DNA of 63,556 nucleotides, the filler included, from Collodictyon triciliatum (Eukaryota), in assembly GCA_043381765.1 (NCBI GenBank). It is 11 parts of 11 records of this genome, joined end to end, with 100 filler letters (N's around TTAATTAATTAA, not from the genome) between each part and the next. Parts side by side here need not be neighbours in the genome. Positions count along the whole stretch, not along the records: positions 18,660 to 24,775 come from JBHJMP010004697.1; positions 24,876 to 30,991 come from JBHJMP010004698.1; 9 more parts are not named here. One strand, 5' to 3'. The notes under the pieces were generated by a model. The model saw only the letters and a list, made by a program, of their open reading frames with translations, did not search any database and was not told the DNA's origin. Below are positions 18,661 through 28,249 of this stretch, in pieces. The position numbers and the translations under genes are program-made. The first letter of the stretch is position 1; every line of letters starts with the position of its first letter.

Positions 18661-21600
18661 ACCCATGCTGAAACTCATACTGAAACTCAACCTGAAACCC
18701 ATGCTGAAACCCATGCTGAAACCCACGCTGAAACTCATGCTGAGGCTCACGCTGAAACTCATACTGAAACCCACGCTGAAACTCAACCCGAAACTCATGC
18801 TGAAACTCATACTGAAGAGAAGGTTCAAGCTCAACCTGAAACCCATGCTGAAACTCATGCTGAAACTCATGCTGAAGAAAAGGTTCAAGCCCACGCTGAA
18901 ACCCATGCCGAAACTCAACCCGAAACCCATGCTGAAGAGAAGGTTGAAACCCACGCTGAAACCCATGCTGAAACTCAACCCGAAACCCATAGTGAAGAGA
19001 AGGTTGAAACTCATGCTGAAACCCATGCTGAAACCCATACTGAAACTCATACTGAAACCCATGCTGAAGAAAAGGTTGAAGCCCATGCTGAAACCCATGC
19101 CGAAGAAAAGGTTGAAACTCATGCTGAAACCCATGCCGAAGAAAAGGTTGAAACTCATGCTGAAACCCATGCTGAAACCCATGCTGAAACCCACGCTGAA
19201 ACCCATGCTGAAACCCATGCTGAAACTCAACCTGAAACCCATGCTGAAACCCACGCTGAAACTCACGCTGAAACTCATACTGAAACCCACGCTGAGACCC
19301 GTGCTGAAACCCATACTGAAACTCATACTGAAACCCATGCTGAAGAAAAGGTTGAAACTCATGCTGAAACCCATGCTGAAGAGAAGGTTGAAACCCATGC
19401 TGAAACCCACGCTGAAACCCACGCTGAAACTCAACCTGAAACCCACGCTGAAACCCACGCTGAAACTCATGCTGAAACCCATGCTGAAACTCATACTGAA
19501 ACTCAACCTGAAACCCATGCTGAAACCCATGCTGAAACCCACGCTGAAACTCATGCTGAGGCTCACGCTGAAACCCACGCTGAGACCCGTGCTGAAACCC
19601 ATACTGAAACTCATACTGAAACCCATGCTGAAGTAAAGGCTGAGACTCATGCTGGAACCCACGCTGAAGAAAAGGTTGAAACCCATGCTGAGACCCATGC
19701 TGAAACCCACGCTGAAACCCACGCTGAGACCCACGCTGAAACCCATGCTGAAACCCATGCTGAAACCCACGCTGAAACTCATGCTGAAACTCATACTGAA
19801 ACTCATACTGAAACTCATACTGAAACTCAACCTGAAACCCATGCTGAAACCCACGCTGAAACTCAACCTGAAACCCACGCTGAAACCCACGCTGAAACTC
19901 ATGCTGAAACTCATACTGAAACTCATACTGAAACTCAACCTGAAACCCATGCTGAAACCCACGCTGAAACTCATACTGAAACTCATACTGAAACTCAACC
20001 TGAAACCCATGCTGAAACCCACGCTGAAACTCATGCTGAGGCTCACGCTGAAATCCACGCTGAGACCCGTGCTGAAACCCATACTGAAACCCATGCTGAA
20101 GAAAAGGTTGAAACTCATGCTGAAACCCATGCTGAAGAGAAGGTTGAAACCCATGCTGAAACCCATGCTGAAACCCACGCTGAAACTCATGCTGAAACTC
20201 ATACTGAAACTCAACCTGAAACCCATGCTGAAACCCACGCTGAAACTCATGCTGAAGCTCATGCTGAAGAGAAGGTTGAGACCCATGCTGAAACCCATGT
20301 TGAGACCCATACTGAAACCCATGCTGAAGAAAAGGTTGAAACTCATGCTGAATCTCATGCTGAAACCCACGCTGAAACCCACGCTGAAACCCATGCTGAA
20401 ACTCAACCTGAAACCCACGCTGAAACCCACGCTGAAACCCACGCTGAAACTCATACTGAAACCCACGCTGAGACTCAACCTGAAACCCATGCTGAAACCC
20501 ACGCTGAAACCCATGCTGAAACTCATGCTGAAGAGAAGGTTGAAACTCATACTGAAACCCATGCTGAAACTCAACCTGAAACCCACGCTGAAACTCATGC
20601 TGAAACTCATGCTGAAACCCATGCTGAAACCCATGCTGAAACCCACGCTGAAGCTCAACCTGAGACCCATGCTGAAACACGCGGTGAAGCCCATGCTGAA
20701 ACCCGCGGTGAAGCCCACGCTGAAACCCATGCTGAAACCCATGCTGAAACTCATGCTGAAGAGAAGGTTGAAACTCATGCTGAGACCCATGCTGAAACCC
20801 ATGCTGAAACTCACGCTGAAAACCATGCTGAAACTCATGCTGAAACTCATGCTGAAACTCACGCTGAAACTCATACTGAAACTCACGCTGAAGCTCATAC
20901 TGAAGAAAAGGTTGAAACTCAACCTGAGACCCATGCTGAAGCTCATACTGAAGCCCATGCTGAAACCCAACCTGAGACTCATGCTGAAACCCATGCTGAA
21001 GAAAAGGTTGAGAGCCATGCTGAAACTCATGCTGAAGAAAAGGTTGAAATTCATGCTGAAATTCGTACTGAAACCCACGCTGAAGAAAAGGTTGAGACCC
21101 ATGTTGAAACCCACGCTGAAACCCACGCTGAAACTCATGCTGAAACTCACGCTGAAACTCACGCTGAAACTCACGCTGAAACTCATGCTGAGACCCAGGC
21201 TGAAACCCACGCTGAGACCCAGGCTGAAACCCATGCTGAGACCCATACTGAGGCTCACGCTGAAACTCATGCTGAAACCCACGCTGAGACCCACGCTGAG
21301 ACCCAGGCTGAAACCCATGCTGAAACCCATGCTGAAACCCATACTGAGGCCCATACTGAAACCCATACTGAAACTCATGCTGAAACCCATGCTGAAACCC
21401 ATGCTGAAACTCATGCTGAAGAGAAGGTTGAAACCCATGCTGAAGAGAAGGTTGAAACCCATGCTGAAACCCACGCTGAGACCCATACTGAGGCTCACGC
21501 TGAAGAAAAGGCTGAAACTCAACCCGAAACCCATAGTGAAGAGAAGGTTCAAGCTCAACCTGAAACCCATGCTGAAACTCATACTGAAACTCATGCTGAA

Positions 21601-23910
21601 ACTCATGCTGAAACTCATGCTGAAACTCATAGTGAAGAAAAGGTTGAGACTCACGCTGAAACCCATGCTGAAGAAAAGGTTGAGAGCCATGCTGAAACTC
21701 ATGCTGAAGAAAAGGTTGAAACTCATGCTGAAATTCATACTGAAACCCACGCTGAAGAAAAGGTTGAGACCCATACTGAAACCCACGCTGAAACTCACGC
21801 TGAAACTCATGCTGAAACTCACGCTGAAACTCATGCTGAAACTCATGCTGAGACCCAGGCTGAAACCCACGCTGAGACCCAGGCTGAAACCCATTCTGAG
21901 ACCCATACTGAGGCTCACGCTGAAACCCATACTGAAACCCACGCTGAGACCCACGCTGAGACCCAGGCTGAAACCCATGCTGAGACCCATGCTGAAGAGA
22001 AGGTTGAAGCTCAACGCGAAACCCACGCTGAAAAGGTTGAGACCCATACTGAAACCCACGCTGAGACCCATGCTGAAGAGAAGGTTGAAACCCATGCTGA
22101 AACCCACGCTGAGACCCATACTGAGGCTCACGCTGAAACCCATGCTGAAACTCATGCTGAAGAGAAGGTTGAAACCCATGCCGAGACCCACGCTGAAGGG
22201 AAGGTGGAAACCCATGCTGAGACCCACACTGAAGCTCATACTGAAGAGAAGGTTGAAACACATGCTGAGACTCATGCTGAAACCTATGCAGAAGCTCAAC
22301 CTGAAACCCATGCTGAAACTCACGCTGAAGCTCAACCTGAAACCCATGGTGAAACCCACACTGAAGCTCATACTGAAACCCATGCTGAAGAGAAGGTTGA
22401 GACCCACGCTGAAGAGAAGGCTGAAACCCACGCTGAAACCCACGCTGAAACCCACGCTGAGACCCATGCTGAAGAGAAGGTTGAAACCCATGCTGAAACC
22501 CATGCTGAAACTCACGCTGAGACCCATACTGAGGCTCACGCTGAAGAAAAGGCTGAAACCCATGGTGAAACCCACACTGAAGCTCATGCTGAAACCCACG
22601 CTGAAGAAAAGGTTGAGACCCATGCTGAAACTCACGCTGAAACCCACGCTGAAGAAAAGGTTGAGACCCACGCTGAAACTCACGCTGAAACCCATGCTGA
22701 AACTCACGCTGAAGAAAAGGTTGAAACTCAACCTGAAACTCAACCTGAAACCCATGCTGAAACCCATGCTGAAGAGAAGGTTGAAACTCATGCTGAAGCT
22801 CATACTGAAGAAAAGGTTGATACCCAACCTGAAACTCAACCTGAAACCCATGCTGAAGAGAAGGTTGAAACTCATGCTGAAACCCACGCTGAGACCCATG
22901 CTGAAACCCACGCTGAAGAAAAGGTTGAAACTCATGCTGAAACCCATGCTGAAACCCATGCTGAAACCCATGCTGAAACCCATGCTGAAGAGAAGGTTGA
23001 AACTCATGCTGAGGCTCATGCTGAAACCCACGCTGAAACTCAACCTGAAACTCAACCTGAAACTCATCCTGAAACCCATACTGAAACCCATGCTGAAGAG
23101 AAGGTTGAGAGCCATGCTGGAACCCATGCTGAGACCCACGCTGAAGCTCATGCTGAAACCCATGCTGAAACTCATGCTGAAGAGAAGGTTGAAACTCATA
23201 CTGAAACCCATGCTGAAACCCACGCTGAAGAGAAGGTTGAAGCTCATGCTGGAACCCATGCTGAGACCCACGCTGAAGCTCATGCTGAAACCCATGCTGA
23301 AACTCATGCTGAAACTCAACCTAAAACCCACGCTGAAACCCACGCTGAAACTCATACTGAAACTCACGCTGAAACTCATGCTGAAGCCCATGCTGAAGCC
23401 CATGCTGAAGCCCATGCTGAGACTCACGCTGAAACTCATGCTGAAGCCCATGCTGAAACCCATGCTGAAAGCCATACTGAAGAGAAGGTTGAAACCCATG
23501 CTGAAACTCATGCTGAAGAGAGGGTTGAAACTCATGCTGAAACCCATGCTGAAACCCACGCTGAGACCCAACCTGATGAAAAGGTTGAGAGCCATGCTGA
23601 AACCCATGTTGAGACCCACACTGAAGAGAAGGTTGAAACCCATGCTGAAACTCACGCTGAAACCCACGCTGAAACTCATACTGAAACCCATGCTGAAACC
23701 CATGCTGAAACTCATGTTGAGGCTCATGCTGAAACCCAACCTGAAATCCAACCTGAAACTCATGCTGAGGCTCATGCTGAAACCCATGCTGAAACTCATG
23801 TTGAGGCTCATGCTGAAACCCAACCTGAAATCCAACCTGAAACCCATACTGAAGCTCATGCTGAAACCCAACCTGAAACCCATGCTGAAACTCATGCCGA
23901 AGGAAAGGCT
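18661..23910 (+). repeat. Coding minisatellite, 12-bp unit (GAAACCCATGCT and variants), roughly 435 units
   Basis: Units encode ETHA, ETHT, ETQP, EAHA and EEKV. Variation is mostly at third codon positions, and the one indel seen (near 22030) is 3 nt. Confidence 0.97.
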
Positions 23911-24366
23911 GAAGAGGATGTCCCGTCCAAAAAGCCATTGATGGTACACACGCTTGATTTCCTTGATGTCAAAGAGGCGGATGCATCACACGATGAGTTG
24001 TCTGACCGAAGAGAGTCACCTGCGTACCCAACGCAGACTGTACAGGTGAGTAGCAATCAATCAGAGCCTCGCCAGGTCGTCGACGAGGACACTGATAACC
24101 AACCAGAGAAGCCTACAAAAGACACCAATGATGACCCATTCGATGACAGTTTGGACAAGTTATTGAGCGACGTTGCAGATACCAAGCTCGACTTCGAAGA
24201 TTCTCATCCAGTCACGTCAGCAAGCGGAGAGCCGCCAAAGAGACCCGAAACGCCGAAGAAAGAGCCCACACCAAAAAAGGCTGAGACGCCGAGGAAACAA
24301 AGTACCCATCAATCACCAAAAGCGAGCCAAGATGAACGAGCTCGCAAGCTGAGTGCTAGTGTATGA
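18661..24366 (+). CDS. 5'-truncated giant Glu/Thr/His/Ala tetrapeptide-repeat protein (>=1,901 aa)
   Basis: The frame from 18661 (ACC CAT GCT GAA...) has no stop until TGA at 24364-24366 and is the same frame as track ORF 22204-24366. The repeat runs into a unique acidic/Pro/Lys-rich C-terminus of about 150 aa. Confidence 0.8.
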   Translation, partial: THAETHTETQPETHAETHAETHAETHAEAHAETHTETHAETQPETHAETHTEEKVQAQPETHAETHAETHAEEKVQAHAETHAETQPETHAEEKVETHAETHAETQPETHSEEKVETHAETHAETHTETHTETHAEEKVEAHAETHAEEKVETHAETHAEEKVETHAETHAETHAETHAETHAETHAETQPETHAETHAETHAETHTETHAETRAETHTETHTETHAEEKVETHAETHAEEKVETHAETHAETHAETQPETHAETHAETHAETHAETHTETQPETHAETHAETHAETHAEAHAETHAETRAETHTETHTETHAEVKAETHAGTHAEEKVETHAETHAETHAETHAETHAETHAETHAETHAETHAETHTETHTETHTETQPETHAETHAETQPETHAETHAETHAETHTETHTETQPETHAETHAETHTETHTETQPETHAETHAETHAEAHAEIHAETRAETHTETHAEEKVETHAETHAEEKVETHAETHAETHAETHAETHTETQPETHAETHAETHAEAHAEEKVETHAETHVETHTETHAEEKVETHAESHAETHAETHAETHAETQPETHAETHAETHAETHTETHAETQPETHAETHAETHAETHAEEKVETHTETHAETQPETHAETHAETHAETHAETHAETHAEAQPETHAETRGEAHAETRGEAHAETHAETHAETHAEEKVETHAETHAETHAETHAENHAETHAETHAETHAETHTETHAEAHTEEKVETQPETHAEAHTEAHAETQPETHAETHAEEKVESHAETHAEEKVEIHAEIRTETHAEEKVETHVETHAETHAETHAETHAETHAETHAETHAETQAETHAETQAETHAETHTEAHAETHAETHAETHAETQAETHAETHAETHTEAHTETHTETHAETHAETHAETHAEEKVETHAEEKVETHAETHAETHTEAHAEEKAETQPETHSEEKVQAQPETHAETHTETHAETHAETHAETHSEEKVETHAETHAEEKVESHAETHAEEKVETHAEIHTETHAEEKVETHTETHAETHAETHAETHAETHAETHAETQAETHAETQAETHSETHTEAHAETHTETHAETHAETQAETHAETHAEEKVEAQRETHAEKVETHTETHAETHAEEKVETHAETHAETHTEAHAETHAETHAEEKVETHAETHAEGKVETHAETHTEAHTEEKVETHAETHAETYAEAQPETHAETHAEAQPETHGETHTEAHTETHAEEKVETHAEEKAETHAETHAETHAETHAEEKVETHAETHAETHAETHTEAHAEEKAETHGETHTEAHAETHAEEKVETHAETHAETHAEEKVETHAETHAETHAETHAEEKVETQPETQPETHAETHAEEKVETHAEAHTEEKVDTQPETQPETHAEEKVETHAETHAETHAETHAEEKVETHAETHAETHAETHAETHAEEKVETHAEAHAETHAETQPETQPETHPETHTETHAEEKVESHAGTHAETHAEAHAETHAETHAEEKVETHTETHAETHAEEKVEAHAGTHAETHAEAHAETHAETHAETQPKTHAETHAETHTETHAETHAEAHAEAHAEAHAETHAETHAEAHAETHAESHTEEKVETHAETHAEERVETHAETHAETHAETQPDEKVESHAETHVETHTEEKVETHAETHAETHAETHTETHAETHAETHVEAHAETQPEIQPETHAEAHAETHAETHVEAHAETQPEIQPETHTEAHAETQPETHAETHAEGKAEEDVPSKKPLMVHTLDFLDVKEADASHDELSDRRESPAYPTQTVQVSSNQSEPRQVVDEDTDNQPEKPTKDTNDDPFDDSLDKLLSDVADTKLDFEDSHPVTSASGEPPKRPETPKKEPTPKKAETPRKQSTHQSPKASQDERARKLSASV

Positions 24367-24689
24367 ACATGTGAAGCGCATATAACCTGATATCTCATTC
24401 TATATGCAGTTAAAAAATAAGACATTAAGGCCTCTTATTTTTTTTTCTACTTTCCCCCAATAATAAATTATGGAAAAGAATAAAAGACTCACCAGTACTT
24501 GCAGCTACATACAAAAATCTCACCACAGACTGTTACATAGTTGAGTGACTTCTCCGCACAAGGCGCTGAAGACATGATGCAAGTACGTCACCCCTCCTTT
24601 TATATTACAGGACGCATTGTGTCTCACGTTGATTTAATATGTAGAATATAATTTGTCTAATCAGTATACAATCTACTTTGATTAATATG

Positions 24690-24769
<80 letters not shown>

Positions 24770-24875
24770 TCTCCTNNNNNNNNNNNNNNNNNNNNNNNNN
24801 NNNNNNNNNNNNNNNNNNNTTAATTAATTAANNNNNNNNNNNNNNNNNNNNNNNNNNNNNNNNNNNNNNNNNNNN

Positions 24876-27325
24876 GAGACTGAGACTGAGACTGAGACTG
24901 AGACTGAGACTGAGACTGAGACTGAGACTGAGACTGAGACTGAGACTGAGACTGAGACTGAGACTGAGACTGAGGTTGAGATTGAGATATAGGCTGTTCT
25001 AGTGTGACAGACTTCATCGCAGATTCTGACTCGGATATCGTCATTATGACATTTTTGTCGAGAATTTCCTCTACTAAAATTCTTTCGGTATGCAAATGTT
25101 TTTTCTTCAATTCAATTTTTGTGTATCTTAATTTCGCGGGTAATTGAATATTTGATTCATTCTGCTCGCCAACAGGCAAGTATGGAACTCTGCCTGCGAA
25201 ACTCCCACTCACAAAATCAAAAGAATTACTGGAGTAATTTTTCTTTCTGTCATTTTTTGTGCTGGCCTTACTTCGGTCCCGTATTTTGTCAGCTCCTGGA
25301 AAGATCTCTTCATGACTCGAACATATGTGATTACATCTTTTTACCCCAAATCCTATGTATCCTTTTACACCAAAAACGAGTGTAAGTTTCATGTCTACTA
25401 TAATGTATAAGGTATAAATACAAAACCTACCCCGCTGTGCAGGCGAACAGTTCGCTTTGGGTAAATCACAGTACGGTTCTGTGTGATGTTTTTGGCGTAT
25501 TCCAAAGGATGAGACATGTGACTCTATTTTTTCATAACTTTGCTGGTGTTTGTGCCCAATAACTTGCAGGTGATATGGTGAATTGTGTGTCACTTTTTTT
25601 AATAATGTGAACAGTTTCGTACTTTTGAGGGATTGAATAAAAAATATAGCCTTGGTTTCTACTTTCTGCTGAGGAGTTCGAGCAGTGGATGTTTTTTCTT
25701 TATATGCTATAATTAGTTAAGTCAGTGTTTGCATTCCCCTGATGAATTACTATTTTTATTGAGTTATTAGTTTACAAAATGGCTAACTGCAGTATTCCTT
25801 CGGGAATGTTGATAACATTGGATATCTATCAGCAAGGGAAGTAGGTAAGCAGTTACCTTTTTTGACCCATTTTTCAATTACTATATTATAATCGGGAAGT
25901 TGAACTTTAATTTCGGCATTGTACTGTCGGCAAATTTGAAATATCTATTCGTTGGTATACATTAAAGTTTCATCCTGTTTTGAGGCTAAAAAATGATAAA
26001 AATTATGATATGTTGTGCAAAAAAAAAAAGATCATGGAGTCCACACCTGCTGGGGCCATATTCTCCTTTAAAGATATATTTAAAACAATTAAAATTAGAA
26101 GATATATGTGTATAAATGCAAAATACAAGATATGAAGCATGGGTAAAATAAAACCTAATCCAAAATTTATAAGCGATGTATCCCTTGAGATAAAATTTTA
26201 GTCTGCTTGGTATGCAAGTGTGCGAAACTCTAAAGAATTCTGATTTTGCGTGTGTCACATGATAATCTAAGGAATTAAATTGCTTTTATTGACTTAAATT
26301 GAAATGTAAGAAGATCGAAGCTGATTGTGTTGGTGATCGGATAGATGACAATAGTAAAAGAAAAGGTATTGTTTCCTGACCTTTATGACTCTGAATATGC
26401 TGCTTCTTGGGGTTGTTCATATATTTAGAATATATATTTTGTAAAAATTGAGAATTCAAAAAATATTTTAAAAAAGCTTAAAACTAAACGTTATCATCAT
26501 GTTATTTTAGCATACCAAATCGTATGAATCAACTACCTCTTTTACCCAGTGAGGATTTCGTTCTTCTCTTATTCGAATATTTGAATCAAGTTTGTTCGTG
26601 GAAGCCCTGGAAATATTTCTATATTGTGCATCTTTCTTAAGCAACTTTTTTAGGTCGTAAGTATTTCTATCTGGTGGATAAACTATCTTTGCTTTTTCTA
26701 AAGTCATAATAATTGTTTCTATGGTACTATTTGATGTTCCTTTTTGAGTGTGCCCCGTCTTCGGTAGATTCTCATCAGAATAGCAGAAAAATGATTTTAT
26801 GTCAGGCGGTGAAATCATATCTTTTCGTGATTTTTTTGATATGTCTGCCCCATCTAATTTCTTCTGACATCGATTTGTGTATGTAAGTGTAAAAACCACA
26901 GGTTGACTGCGCCCAACACTCTCATCGCTTAACCTCGTATTTTTTGCCGTACTTGCATTGGATAGTAAACGGTATTCATTCTCATGTGCATGTTTTAGAT
27001 TAAAGCCGTCAATATAACTTGCTTTTCCAGTTGATAGTAATCGAGAATAGTCAGGTAGACATTTTCTGTTCCCAGGGGGTGATATTTTAACCAGGAAGTA
27101 GCCACGCATCAAGCTGTCGCCGCTACTTTTGGAGTTGCAGTTTGCTTGGGTGGGCTGAGTCTTTCGATCAGCGCGTACGTTTAGGAACATGCCCCAACAA
27201 TTCTTGAGACATATTTTCACACTTCCTCCTTGAGGATCGAGGCTCTCTTTTTCGAAAAGGAAGGCACAAAGGAACACAATAACAAGCAGGCGAATTCTCC
27301 CTGTCCAAGGACGTCCTGCAGCCAT
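24876..27325 (-). CDS. Hypothetical protein(s) with an N-terminal hydrophobic segment; exon structure unresolved
   Basis: A 272-codon ORF at 26507-27325 begins MAAGRPWTGRIRLLVIVFLCAFLF. An open frame at 24876-25593 ends in a (QS)n repeat at the scaffold edge. No family recognised. Confidence 0.35.
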
Positions 27326-27599
27326 CTTTTCCAGAAGCGAAGTATCTGCCGTATTTTGCAGGGTCAGCAGATCATCGACAATGACAAAAAAAAAAAAAAA
27401 GGAATATCAGGCCGCTTCTCTTTGCCAAGTGCCGTACTGTGCTGCCTCCTGGTGACGCATTCACACACGATGTACGATCACATCGGTTGAGCTTCTTGGT
27501 TATTTGTTGTTGTTGGGACTTGAAATGGGTTCTTCAGATCTGGATCAATGTAACCTTTTCTAATTGTGGATTTGATGCAACCACTTTGTTTTTTATTTT

Positions 27600-28230
27600 G
27601 TTCAACTAGAAGGGGTATACCAATCCTTCGATTGGTAAACCTGGTGCGTTTTTTTTTTTTTTATTGCTTCTTTCGATTTGTGCAAGATGCTGGAGGTGTT
27701 GGCTTTGGTTCGCTAGTCATCGTTTACATGGACGCTACTTGGTGGCTGGTTGGCGGAGAAGTAGTCGTTAATCAGGATTTGCATCCTGCGGTTTGGCCTG
27801 TGGCCTGGGACTTGTGCTTGCGTGAGAGACAGGGCGAGTTTGAATCTCATCCATCTATCTTCCACATGTCTCTTCTCGAAGGGCCTGATTAGTAGAGAAC
27901 GTGCAGGTGGCAAAGAAAGTTGTTGAGGAAAGAGATTCGTATGATGGCATCCAGCCTATTGTCAGGAGTGGGTGGCTGACTGTTGAATCTTACTTTGCGT
28001 GAGTATATGCGCGCTATCCACATAGTCCATAGCAAATGACCTCGCGTCACTGCCCAGAATGTTTTTGCATCTGGACGCAGTTGTTGCAGAGGCCCGAATA
28101 TCGCCTGGATTGGGCCAACAGCCGCAGCCGGTAAACCTGGTGCGCTAGTACCCAAGGTCTCACCACTTTTTTTTCGCAAAGGTCGTGTAGTGGTGAAGGA
28201 TGCCAGGAAAGACCCAACAGCCATTTTTTT
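27600..28230 (-). ncRNA. Candidate Fanzor omegaRNA scaffold (about 28230-28130 plus 27633-27600), interrupted by a LINE insertion
   Basis: Lies immediately 3' of the Fanzor ORF. Stem TCACCACT/AGTGGTGA (28160-28167 with 28189-28196); hairpin TACCAATC-GAAG-GATTGGTA (27618-27637); possible GGGTA/TACCC and CTAG/CTAG pairings across the insertion point. Confidence 0.55.
27649..28129 (-). mobile_element. 5'-truncated non-LTR retrotransposon (L1/Tx1-like) fragment, 481 bp
   Basis: Perfect 15-bp direct repeat GGTAAACCTGGTGCG at 27634-27648 and 28130-28144. A minus-strand A14 tail (27649-27662) containing AATAAA abuts one copy. The peptide AIFG...FWAVTRGHLLWTMWIAR...F resembles the ORF2 C-terminal WxxWxxR motif. 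Confidence 0.85.
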
Positions 28231-28249
28231 AGGGTTAGGTGTGTCCATT

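Noticed and set aside
18661-23910. CRISPR-like array
   Set aside because: Contiguous 12-bp units with no unique spacers, and no cas genes.
18604-23949. Very long ORFs in alternative frames (1,781-aa MGFS, 1,217-aa FQHG, 1,430-aa MLKP)
   Set aside because: They are by-products of a 12-bp unit lacking stops in several frames. Only the ETHA frame continues into unique protein-like sequence and shows a synonymous variation pattern.
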